Shown here: positions 9,003 to 17,190 of the stretch, piece by piece
Numbering within the stretch: the stretch's first letter is position 1
How the letters are laid out: each line of letters opens with the position of its first letter
IMG/VR virus record: IMGVR_UViG_3300037408_000121
Location: 1 to 37,169 of that record
DNA: 37,169 nucleotides
Origin: a virus
Taxonomy: Duplodnaviria > Caudoviricetes
Reading direction: 5' to 3' (one strand)
Notes under the pieces: generated by a model
The model's database searches: none
Told to the model about the DNA's origin: nothing
What the model saw: the letters and a program-made list of their open reading frames with translations, nothing else
Program-made: the position numbers and the translations under genes

Positions 9003-9226
9003 CGACGATCTTGTCGCAGTGCGCTGTCTGCAAGCACCTGCGGGACGAGGGTGGGGCCTGCGACGCGTTTCCAGACGGCATCCCGATGGAGGTGATGTTC
9101 GGCGATGGCGACCCGTCCGAGCCAGAGAGCTTCAAGCCGCAGTTTGACCATCGCCAGCCGTACCCAGGCGACAACGGGGTGCGGTGGGAGGCGGCAGACC
9201 CGGAGCTTGAGCACCCGCTGGCATGA
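8999..9226 (+). CDS. Small Cys-containing protein (CxxC...CxAFPxGIP...DH..P.PGDNG), candidate immunity/inhibitor of the upstream zincin
   Basis: ATGA overlap; I recall this motif pattern in small genes following phage MuF-type metallopeptidase domains; function inferred. Confidence 0.7.
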   Translation: MTTILSQCAVCKHLRDEGGACDAFPDGIPMEVMFGDGDPSEPESFKPQFDHRQPYPGDNGVRWEAADPELEHPLA

Positions 9227-9480
9227 AGAACTCCGGCACCCCCGTCGCGGTGATCCAGACCAAGCGGGAGTACGAGGACCGCGACGTGGAGATGGCGCTC
9301 GCCTCGTTCCGCGCGTTGCTGCCGAAGGACCTGCTGATGCTGCTCTCCTTCCACCTGACGGGGATGAACCGGGAGCAGATGTACGGCCGCCTCGTGGTTA
9401 GCTTCAACCTCAAGGCTGGCAAGGTCCTCAGCGCCGACTTCGAGCGGAAGACGCACTGGTCCCCTGCCCCCAAAGAATGA
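9223..9480 (+). CDS. Hypothetical protein (85 aa)
   Basis: ATGA overlap; codon usage typical of the window. Confidence 0.7.
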   Translation: MKNSGTPVAVIQTKREYEDRDVEMALASFRALLPKDLLMLLSFHLTGMNREQMYGRLVVSFNLKAGKVLSADFERKTHWSPAPKE

Positions 9481-9496
9481 AAACATGGTCCGTTTC

Positions 9497-9526
9497 TTGA
9501 CCGTCACTCGTAAAGTGCCGTAGCGT
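9497..9526 (+). promoter_or_regulatory. Candidate sigma70-type promoter TTGACC-18 nt-TAGCGT
   Basis: Intergenic, upstream of the head-assembly genes; -35 is 5/6 consensus, -10 fits TAnnnT. Confidence 0.4.
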
Positions 9527-9564
9527 AAGGACCAGCAAGGGCGCACTCCCCCGACCGGGGAAAC

Positions 9565-9605
9565 CCCGAGCGAGCGCAGCGGATCGCGCAAGCTCGGGTT
9601 TTTTT
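9565..9605 (+). terminator. Intrinsic terminator-like hairpin with T7 tract
   Basis: CCCGAGC (9565-9571) pairs with GCTCGGG (9592-9598), followed by TTTTTTT. Confidence 0.55.
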
Positions 9606-9621
9606 GTGCCGAGAGGTTGAG

Positions 9622-11460
9622 GTGAACAAGAGACAGCAGCAGGCGTTCTCCTTCATCGAACAACACGCCTCGGCCACCATGGTCGAGGCCGAACCCGCCG
9701 CAGCCTACGAGCAGTTCCAAGCCAGCGTCTCCTACACCGCGAACCCGACCGAGGGATTGGTGTCGGGGCTGGCGAGCGTCTTCGACTCGACGGCATACGG
9801 CGCGAAGGGTCCCACCCGCTTCCGGCGCGGGGCCTTCAACGAGAGCCTGTCGCGCAACGGCGGCAAGTTCCCCTTCCTCTGGCAGCACGATGCCTCTAGG
9901 CCCATCGGCGTCGTCACCTCGATGGCCGAGACGAGCGAGGGCCTGTCCTTCACCGCCCGGATCTCCAAGACCACGCTCGGAAACGACGTGCGCGAGCTGC
10001 TGAAGGACGGGGCGATCACCGGGGTCTCCATCGGCTTCGACGCGGTCCCCAACTCCGTCACCTACGAGAAGCACGGCAACGAGCAGGTGCGCTTCGTCGG
10101 CGCGGCGAACCTGCACGAGCTGTCGGTCGTGACCTTCCCCGCCGACAAGAAGGCCCGCGTGCTGACGGTCCACAAGGCGGGCCAGCCTGACGAGACGGTC
10201 GCCTCCATGCTCCACGAGAGCTTCGACGAGGAGCAGCGCGGCTACCTGTCCGCCATGCTGAACGCCCTGCTCGACCCCTCCGCCACGGATGGCGAGGAGC
10301 TGGCGGGTCGCATGTTCTCCGAGACGAACCTGACCCGGATGAAGGACGCCCTCGCCGCGCTGGTCGAGCTGGTCTCTCGGGCCGATCCTGCTCACGTCGC
10401 TGGCGTAGCTAGCGCGATCCAGGTGCCGAAGGACCTCAAGTTCTACGGCGAAGGGCAGGCCGAGGCCGACGAGGAGCGCGAAGCCGCGTCCAAGGCCGTG
10501 CAGCAGGCCGTTCAGGAGACCATGAGCCTCCTGATCGCCGCCGAGGTCGAGGCGCAGGCGCGCGGGCTGGATGTCAAGCCATCGTTTGAGACCCTCGCTG
10601 CTTCGGCTGTCGTCGAAACGCATGCCGACGACGACGAAGAGGACGACGACGACCCAAAAGCTGACGCCGCAGACGACGAAGAGACCTGCCCGGACTGCGG
10701 CAAGCCGATGGACGAGTGCGAGTGCGACGAGGACGAGGACGAAGAGGACGAGGACGAGGACGGTGGCGAGGGGCACATGAACCCCTACCACGACAAGGGC
10801 AGCGGCCGTTTCACCACGAAGGGCGGCGGTGGCGGCGGGACGATCACTGTTGTTCCTGCCGCCAAGCTCGGTGCCGGTCGGGAGGCCGTTCTCACGAAGG
10901 CCGGGTTCAAGAAGGACGCGAAGGGCAACTACGTCGCCGCCGACAATGACAAGGCCCAGTACGCGGCGACCGTCGCCACTCAGGGGACCCTGCACGACAT
11001 CAAGATCAACCCAGGCAAAGCGGCGGGCGGCAGCGCCCCACCGGTCGTGGGGTCTTCCTCTGGACCATCGTGGGCCAAGCGACCGCTGTACAGCAGGTAC
11101 ACCGAGGCCGGGAACCCGCATCCGGATTCTGTTAGCACGGAGATCGGAAGCCTCAAGAGCTGGCACACCTTCGCTGGAGGGACGAGTGCGGCGGCCGGAA
11201 AGCACTCGTATCAATACCCGCTGACGAATCGCCATGGCGAGCACGTCGGCGACTACCACATCAGCCCGTTCACCACTAAGACCGGACGACACGCGGGATA
11301 CTCGCTCAAGTTCACGGACAAGGAAGCCCGTCTCGGCAAGGGGCTGTGGCACGACGTCGGCACGTTCCGCTCTCCGCAAAAGGCGGCGAAGGCCGCGCTT
11401 TCTCACGCGGATTCGAACGGCGCAAAGTGGAACTCTCCGCCCTATAACCGATTCTCCTGA
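9622..11460 (+). CDS. HK97-family prohead protease (peptidase S78) with helical/acidic extension and a C-terminal tagged module
   Basis: GTG 9622 after GAGG; LWQHD..RPIG, GVSIGF and LHELSVVTFPA catalytic motifs; Asp/Glu tract 10627-10765; tag at 10780. Confidence 0.9.
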   Translation: MNKRQQQAFSFIEQHASATMVEAEPAAAYEQFQASVSYTANPTEGLVSGLASVFDSTAYGAKGPTRFRRGAFNESLSRNGGKFPFLWQHDASRPIGVVTSMAETSEGLSFTARISKTTLGNDVRELLKDGAITGVSIGFDAVPNSVTYEKHGNEQVRFVGAANLHELSVVTFPADKKARVLTVHKAGQPDETVASMLHESFDEEQRGYLSAMLNALLDPSATDGEELAGRMFSETNLTRMKDALAALVELVSRADPAHVAGVASAIQVPKDLKFYGEGQAEADEEREAASKAVQQAVQETMSLLIAAEVEAQARGLDVKPSFETLAASAVVETHADDDEEDDDDPKADAADDEETCPDCGKPMDECECDEDEDEEDEDEDGGEGHMNPYHDKGSGRFTTKGGGGGGTITVVPAAKLGAGREAVLTKAGFKKDAKGNYVAADNDKAQYAATVATQGTLHDIKINPGKAAGGSAPPVVGSSSGPSWAKRPLYSRYTEAGNPHPDSVSTEIGSLKSWHTFAGGTSAAAGKHSYQYPLTNRHGEHVGDYHISPFTTKTGRHAGYSLKFTDKEARLGKGLWHDVGTFRSPQKAAKAALSHADSNGAKWNSPPYNRFS

Positions 11461-12836
11461 TGAGCGATCTCCTCTCCGCCGTCCGCGAGCGCCTGATGAA
11501 CCCCTACCATGACTCGAAGTCCGGCAAGTTCACCACGAAGGGCGGCGGGATGGGAGGGGCGGTTCCTTCTTTGGGAGCGTACCGCGACGCGATCTACAGG
11601 GCGCGGACGGGCCAGCTCAACAAGGCGCGGGCTGCCGCTTCCGACCGGCTCGCTTTTCCGGGCGGCATGGATGCGTCCGAGCTGAGCAAGGGACACGGAG
11701 ACTACAACCCGCCATACGCGGACGCTGAGGCCCCCGGCGTCGAGTCCAGAAACTCAGGCTACGGCTTCTACGGGACGGTTCGCAACGCCGAGCGCGGCGG
11801 AGCGCCGCAGGCGACCGGGGGAACGGAGCGCAGCAAGTCGGCCGACCAGAAGTTCGCTGCAGCCCGAAAGATGGTGCAGGACCAGTACGGCACCTCCGGC
11901 GCTGACGCCCGCGACTTCCTCGACAGCCAGGCCGGACGCCACATCGCCGAGTACGTGCTGGAGAGTCCAGCCGCGAAGCGCAGCGTGGTGTCGACGCTGA
12001 AAGAGAAGTGGGTCGCCAAGGCCGTGAAGAGCCACGTTGCCACGTCCGCCTCCTATCGCACCAAGGCGACGCGCGGCCAGCACGCCGTCGACGCCGCCAG
12101 CGAGAACCTCAACGCCATGGTCTCGGTCGAGGTGGTCGAAGAGGTCTGCCCGTCCTGTGCGGAGCTGATGCGGAAGCGGGGCTGGACGCACCTCTCGGCG
12201 CTCGCGCTGATCGAGGCGCTGTCCGAGTCCGAGGTCGAGACCGAGCAGCACGCCGGGGGCATCCCCGCGAAGCTCTGCTCTCGCTTTGCTGGTCTACAGC
12301 ACCCGTTCACGGCTTGCATGGCGTGGGCGCAGGGGAAGGGTCTCGGGGAAGGGTTCTGCGCGGCGCTCGTGAAGAAGTGCACCGGCCACTGGCCGGGGCA
12401 GGCCAAGGGCAAGAAGGCCGAAGGCCACATGAACCCGTACCACGACAAAGGAACGGGCAAGTTCACATCGAAGGGTGGGGGCGCAGGCAGCGCAGCGCCC
12501 GCCTCGCCCTCTGGCCCCGGAGAGAAAGTCAAGATCAAGGCGGCCGACGGCGGGACGATCTCGTACAACGACCATCCCGCCACCGCTCGCTTTGCAAAGG
12601 CACTCGCGGCTGGAATCGACTCGCCAGAGTTCACGTCGAAGTACCAGCACTACAGTTCGGGCGGGGCATCGGTCGATACGGTCCTCGGCCATGGCCGGAT
12701 GCAGCGACAGTCGCTCTACGAACCGAAGGCGCTGTCGAAGGACGTTTTTCACGTCACCACTCAGGTCGGCGGCGGCGGCCCGAAGAAGACGTGGATTCGT
12801 AGGTCTACCAGTGACGAGATGCGTTTTCACGAGTAG
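11460..12836 (+). CDS. Head-associated polyprotein with two tags and a central Cys-rich domain
   Basis: TGATG overlap; tags at 11499 and 12432; CPSC and C..FTACM..GFCAAL..CTGHWPG; lies between protease and capsid genes. Confidence 0.75.
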   Translation: MSDLLSAVRERLMNPYHDSKSGKFTTKGGGMGGAVPSLGAYRDAIYRARTGQLNKARAAASDRLAFPGGMDASELSKGHGDYNPPYADAEAPGVESRNSGYGFYGTVRNAERGGAPQATGGTERSKSADQKFAAARKMVQDQYGTSGADARDFLDSQAGRHIAEYVLESPAAKRSVVSTLKEKWVAKAVKSHVATSASYRTKATRGQHAVDAASENLNAMVSVEVVEEVCPSCAELMRKRGWTHLSALALIEALSESEVETEQHAGGIPAKLCSRFAGLQHPFTACMAWAQGKGLGEGFCAALVKKCTGHWPGQAKGKKAEGHMNPYHDKGTGKFTSKGGGAGSAAPASPSGPGEKVKIKAADGGTISYNDHPATARFAKALAAGIDSPEFTSKYQHYSSGGASVDTVLGHGRMQRQSLYEPKALSKDVFHVTTQVGGGGPKKTWIRRSTSDEMRFHE

Positions 12837-12851
12837 CCGTTTCGTAACCGT

Positions 12852-12874
12852 GCGCGGGTTGTCCGCGCCTTTTT
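12852..12874 (+). terminator. Short terminator-like hairpin directly before the capsid RBS
   Basis: GCGCGG-gttgt-CCGCGC followed by CTTTTT, then AGGAGG. Confidence 0.4.
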
Positions 12875-12888
12875 AGGAGGGGACACAG

Positions 12889-14208
12889 ATGTCTCAGCTT
12901 CAGAGCCAGCTCAAAGAAGCCCGCGACGGCATGGGGAAGGCTCTCTCGTTCATGCGGGAGAAGGCACTTGCCATGACGGAAGCGGCGAAGAAGGGGGAAG
13001 CCACCAGCGACCTCCAGAACGAGTACAACAGCGCCAGCGCCGACTTCGAGAAGTTCAAGTCGACGGCCGACAGCCTGGAGACCGTCATCCGCCGCGAGGC
13101 GGAGATGAACGTCGTGGTGAACGCCATCGACGCGAAGGGCGAGGAGAAGCACGCGGACCCCGCCGAGGTGGAGAAGAACCGCAAGGCGGCCGTCCGCGAG
13201 ACCTTCATGGCGTACCTGCGCGGCGGCGAGCGCAGCGGGGAGTACCACGCGGCCGTCGAGAAGCTCAGCGGCCTCGGGCCGTCCGAGAAGCACGCGCTGC
13301 TCGGCACGCAGGGCACGCTCGGTGGCTTCCTGGTCCCCGAGGACTTCCGGGCCGAGGTGGTCCGCAACATGGCGGGCTACGCGGTCGTGCGCGGCGCGGG
13401 CGCTCGCGTCGTCCCGACCAACAGCTCGACGCTGGTCTTCCCGTCCATCGCTGGCGGGACCGACCCGTACTCCAGCGGCGTCTCCGGCTCGTGGAGGGCT
13501 GAGGGGTCGCAGGGCACCGATGGCACCGCCCCGGCGCAGCAGAACCAGCCGACGTTCGGCCAGGAGCGCGTGCCGGTGCACGTCTGGCAGCCCGCAGCCA
13601 TCGTGGTGACCCGCGAGCTGATGCTCGACTCCGCCGTGAACCTCGACAGCATGATCGCGCAGCTCATCGCCGAGACGAAGGCGCTGGACGAGGACGCGGC
13701 GTTCATCAAGGGCGACGGTGTCGGCCGTCCGCGCGGCATCCTCGACTACTCGGCGACGGCTGGCTCGGCTGGCACGGCGCTGACCATCGCCAACGTCAAG
13801 AGCGGCAGCAACGGTGGCGTGCAGTACAACCAGCTCATCGACATGATGCAGACGCTCCCGGCGCAGTACCGCCAGCGGGCCGTCTGGATCACCAACTCGG
13901 CCACCTTCGGGAAGATCCTCCAGCTCAAGGACTCCAGCCAGGCCCCGCTGCTGTACAGCGGGTCCATCCCCGACTCGCTGTTCGGCCACCGCGTGTTCTT
14001 CTCCGAGCACGTCCCGGCTCCGTCCACCGGCACCAACTCGATCATCTTCGGCGACCTCAACTACTACTGCGTCGCCGAGCGGACGGACCTGCGGGTCCAG
14101 AGGCTCGAAGAGCGGTTCGCTCCGAACGTGGCGTTCCTGCCGACGGCCCGCCTCGGCGGTGCCGTGCTGCGGTGCCCCGCGTTCGTGATCCAGAACCTCG
14201 CGGCGTAG
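12889..14208 (+). CDS. Major capsid protein, HK97 fold, with N-terminal delta (scaffold) domain
   Basis: AGGAGG RBS; coiled-coil N-terminus; GGFLVPE, VTRELMLDS, GDGVGRPRGI, LKDS and IIFGDL motifs. Confidence 0.95.
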   Translation: MSQLQSQLKEARDGMGKALSFMREKALAMTEAAKKGEATSDLQNEYNSASADFEKFKSTADSLETVIRREAEMNVVVNAIDAKGEEKHADPAEVEKNRKAAVRETFMAYLRGGERSGEYHAAVEKLSGLGPSEKHALLGTQGTLGGFLVPEDFRAEVVRNMAGYAVVRGAGARVVPTNSSTLVFPSIAGGTDPYSSGVSGSWRAEGSQGTDGTAPAQQNQPTFGQERVPVHVWQPAAIVVTRELMLDSAVNLDSMIAQLIAETKALDEDAAFIKGDGVGRPRGILDYSATAGSAGTALTIANVKSGSNGGVQYNQLIDMMQTLPAQYRQRAVWITNSATFGKILQLKDSSQAPLLYSGSIPDSLFGHRVFFSEHVPAPSTGTNSIIFGDLNYYCVAERTDLRVQRLEERFAPNVAFLPTARLGGAVLRCPAFVIQNLAA

Positions 14209-14223
14209 TCGCGGCCTGAAGAC

Positions 14224-14262
14224 CGGGCCGGTAGCGTAGGCGGGAGAGGCGCTACCGGCCCG
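14224..14262 (+). terminator. 13-bp perfect hairpin after the capsid gene
   Basis: CGGGCCGGTAGCG / CGCTACCGGCCCG; no U-tract, so terminator versus RNA stabiliser is uncertain. Confidence 0.5.
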
Positions 14263-14336
14263 AACACAACGCTCTCCCTGAAACCCGGCGAGACCGGTCT
14301 CAGACCCGCTCGTCGGCACGAAAGGAGATACGTACC

Positions 14337-14816
14337 ATGGCGCAGCCCGCAGGAGTAGGGTCGGCTGTCAACCGCGACCTGAACACCGTCATCCGCATCG
14401 TCCCGGCTCTGGTTCCCGCCGTCAAGACGGCGACCGCGACCGGCCTGGACATCAACCTCAAGAAGTACGAGTCGGCCGTCTTCAACATCGCCATCGGCGC
14501 GAACGGCGACACCTGGAGCACCTCGGTCTACCAGACCTGGAAGTTCCAGCACGCCGACGACAACGGCTCCGGCGCGGCCGGGTCCTACGCCGACTGCGCA
14601 GCGGCGGACCTGATCGACGACCAGACCTCCAACAAGCTGACGACCGGCACCATCGTGATGAACGGCACGACGTACCAGAACGCCGTCTACCAGATCGGCT
14701 ACATCGGCGGCAAGCAGTGGGTCCGCGTGCAGATGCTCACCACCGGCACGCACACCACGGGCACCCCGGTGGCGGCGACCGTCATCAAGGGACACGCTCG
14801 GGTCAACCCGGCCTGA
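14337..14816 (+). CDS. Putative capsid decoration/cement protein
   Basis: AAGGAG RBS; beta-rich, Thr/Gly/Ala-rich; GYIGGKQWVR motif; directly after the capsid gene. Confidence 0.6.
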   Translation: MAQPAGVGSAVNRDLNTVIRIVPALVPAVKTATATGLDINLKKYESAVFNIAIGANGDTWSTSVYQTWKFQHADDNGSGAAGSYADCAAADLIDDQTSNKLTTGTIVMNGTTYQNAVYQIGYIGGKQWVRVQMLTTGTHTTGTPVAATVIKGHARVNPA

Positions 14817-14863
14817 GTGAGCTTCTAGGGGCGGGGGCCTAGCTCCCGCCCCGGTTCACGACC

Positions 14864-15757
14864 ATGGCGGTCGCTGCTGCCTCGAACGCGCTCGTCACGG
14901 CGACGGAGGCGATGGCGGTTCTCGGGACCGGCACCCTGACGGGTGACGACCTCGACAACCTCCAGCGCCAAATCAACTCCGCCAGCCGAAGGATCGAGGA
15001 CTACCTCGGCGTCCCGACCATCACGAAGTACGTCATCGAGTACCACTACGGCGGCTGCAAGGCGCTCTTCCTCTACAACTACCCGACCGTCATGGTCCTC
15101 AGCATCGGCGACCCCGCAGGGAACTACGTCGTCTCGTCCGACTACTTCGCCGAACAGGAGAAGGGCAAGCTCATCCACTTCGGCCGGTTTTGGGTCGCGC
15201 AGACCTCGCAGGGCCAGCCGACGCGGTGGGAGGTGAAACAGGTCGCCGGATGGTGGGCGGGGAACCGCAAGCTCACCGGCAGCGCCGGGTCTGGCACCTT
15301 CGCTGTCGGCAACGGCATCTACGTCGGTGCGTCCTGGGCCGCAGCCACGAAGAAGGCGGTCGTGACGGCCGTGGGCGGCACCGAGGCCGCTCCGCAGTTG
15401 ACCTACTGCCTCGTCGGTGTCTCGGACTTCTCGGTGTCGGACGTCATCAAGCAGTACATCTTCTCGACCACCTACTCGGGCAGCACCTACTCGCTCGGCA
15501 CCGATGGCGCGGCGACCTGTACGGCGGCTGCGCCAGCGGACACGACCGACAACGTGCCCGAGAGCGTGAAGCGGGCCTGCTACGCGCTGGTCTCTCAGCA
15601 GCGCGAGATCCTGACGCCGGACGCGAACTCGGTCAGCGTCGGCTCGCTCTCCATCAGCTACGGAGGCGGGAGTTCGGCGGCTGGCAGCGGTGGCGTGCTG
15701 GAGATGCCGAACGACGTGGCGGCCATGCTCGGTGAGTACCGGGGGAACATCCTCTGA
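14864..15757 (+). CDS. Head-tail connector (gp6/gp15-like adaptor) with an inserted domain
   Basis: LVT..EA..INSASRRIEDYLG at the N-terminus; VPESVKRAC..SVSVGSLSISY..MLGEYR at the C-terminus. Confidence 0.8.
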   Translation: MAVAAASNALVTATEAMAVLGTGTLTGDDLDNLQRQINSASRRIEDYLGVPTITKYVIEYHYGGCKALFLYNYPTVMVLSIGDPAGNYVVSSDYFAEQEKGKLIHFGRFWVAQTSQGQPTRWEVKQVAGWWAGNRKLTGSAGSGTFAVGNGIYVGASWAAATKKAVVTAVGGTEAAPQLTYCLVGVSDFSVSDVIKQYIFSTTYSGSTYSLGTDGAATCTAAAPADTTDNVPESVKRACYALVSQQREILTPDANSVSVGSLSISYGGGSSAAGSGGVLEMPNDVAAMLGEYRGNIL

Positions 15758-16080
15758 TGGCTTCGATCCCTGCCGGAATCCGCCAGCACATGACCGAGAC
15801 GGTCACGGTGAAGACCCTCACCACCACCGACGCCTACGGGAACGCCGTGCTCTCGACTGCCGCGACCGCCAAGGCCCGCATCGAGCGCGGCACGAAGCGA
15901 ACGTGGTCCAAGGATGGCACCGAGGTCGTGAGCGGGGTCCAGGTCTACCTCGACCGCGACTTCCCGACGCTGACGGCCGAGGGGCAGATCACCATGCCGG
16001 ACGGGACCACGCCTCCGATCCGTGACGTGAAGCGTCACCGCTGGCCGAACGGAGCGCACAGCATCGAGGTGTACTTCTGA
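15757..16080 (+). CDS. Head closure (stopper) protein
   Basis: Position, size, and TVTV..DAYGN..ARIE pattern. Confidence 0.7.
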   Translation: MASIPAGIRQHMTETVTVKTLTTTDAYGNAVLSTAATAKARIERGTKRTWSKDGTEVVSGVQVYLDRDFPTLTAEGQITMPDGTTPPIRDVKRHRWPNGAHSIEVYF

Positions 16081-16517
16081 TGCCGCAGCGCATCGAGGTA
16101 CGGCGCAACGCTGTCACCGGAAAGCCGGGGGCGATCTGGCTTCGCGTGGACGAGAGAGGGCTAAACCGTCTCAACGACTGGTTCAACCGCGTCGCGGGGG
16201 ACGTCGACGAGGAGATGTACGAGGAGATGGCGGCTGAGCTGTACGCCGTCCGTGACGAGTCGCTGCGACTCTGCCCAATCGACACGGGCCTGCTGCGCAG
16301 CACCATCTACGTCTACGTCCGTAAGTTCAGCGGCGGCTCGATGGCCGGTCAAATCTCCTACAACACGCCCTACGCGGTCTATGTTCACGAGAACCCGGAC
16401 GCCTATCACAAGCCGCCGACGCAGTGGAAGTTCCTCGAAGTCCCGTGGAACCAGAGGCGCAACGGCATGGTCGGAGCGATCAAGCGCCGGGTGCTACGTC
16501 TAGTGAGGGGCCACTGA
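16080..16517 (+). CDS. HK97 gp10-like tail completion/neck protein
   Basis: CPIDTGLLRST, YNTPYAVYVHE, KFLE motifs. Confidence 0.85.
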   Translation: MPQRIEVRRNAVTGKPGAIWLRVDERGLNRLNDWFNRVAGDVDEEMYEEMAAELYAVRDESLRLCPIDTGLLRSTIYVYVRKFSGGSMAGQISYNTPYAVYVHENPDAYHKPPTQWKFLEVPWNQRRNGMVGAIKRRVLRLVRGH

Positions 16518-16948
16518 TGCCGCTGCTCGACGACGTGGCGACCTATCTCCAGACGCAGGGCCTTGGTACGGTCAAGACCACCTCGGCGCAGACCGCTACC
16601 GCATGGCTCATTCTCAAGGGCGGCGGTGGCGAGAGCGACCGGCCTGACGTGATCGTGCTCTCCGAGTACGACGGTGGCCCACCCATCGACGAGATGGGAC
16701 CGACGGTCGGGTCGGTGATTGCCGAGGAGGTTGGCCTCAACGTCTCGGCGCGGCACGCGGACTACTCGCAGGCGCGGTCCAAGGCCGAGGCCATCTGGAC
16801 GAAGCTGCACAAGCTGGCGAACACGACGCTCGGCTCTACGCGCTATCTGCTCGTCATGGCGAAGGGGTCGCCAGCCCCAGTCGGACAGGACGGGAACAAG
16901 CGTTGGATGGTCGGCTTCAACTGCGCTGTCACGAAGGAGCGCGGGTGA
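16517..16948 (+). CDS. Tail terminator-like protein
   Basis: TGATG overlap; LLDDVATYL..GLG, PD.I.L.EY.G, G.D.NKR..NC pattern; position. Confidence 0.75.
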   Translation: MPLLDDVATYLQTQGLGTVKTTSAQTATAWLILKGGGGESDRPDVIVLSEYDGGPPIDEMGPTVGSVIAEEVGLNVSARHADYSQARSKAEAIWTKLHKLANTTLGSTRYLLVMAKGSPAPVGQDGNKRWMVGFNCAVTKERG

Positions 16949-17190
16949 TGGACAGAGACGCGCTGCTGCTTCAGCTTCGAGCGGTTCGTGCCGCCGCGTC
17001 CGCGCTCGTTCAGCAGGTGGACGGAATCGCGGCCTCGCTCGGGCCATCGCCTGTCGAGATGGAAACCACCAATGGCTGCCCGCACCGAAGCCGAAAGAAG
17101 GTCGCCGACTTCGACGACCCGGAGCGGACCATGTGCGAGGACTGCGGGGAGATCATCCCCGGCAGCCCGCGCGAGACAGCGGAGGGCTAG
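16948..17190 (+). CDS. Small protein with CxH...CxxC zinc-ribbon motif
   Basis: TGATG overlap, AAGGAG upstream; CPH...CEDCG. Confidence 0.6.
   Translation: MDRDALLLQLRAVRAAASALVQQVDGIAASLGPSPVEMETTNGCPHRSRKKVADFDDPERTMCEDCGEIIPGSPRETAEG

Larger units (their letters stand above)
2134..12485 (+). repeat. Dispersed peptide motif (E)-x-[H/L/F]-[A/M/F]-NP[Y/N]HD-x2-3-G[R/K]F-[A/T]-x-(K)-Gly-rich, 10 full copies and 1 partial
   Basis: Asn codon at 2146, 2866, 5512, 5950, 6418, 7106, 8376, 10780, 11499, 12432; partial copy at 7070. Codons vary synonymously, so conservation is at the protein level. Confidence 0.95.

Noticed and set aside
9530-9605. tRNA or known riboswitch in the intergenic hairpins
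   Set aside because: No cloverleaf, T-loop or recognisable aptamer consensus.
2146-12485. The tag repeats as a CRISPR array or DNA-level repeat
   Set aside because: Irregular spacing of hundreds to thousands of bases, always in frame within ORFs, with synonymous codon variation.
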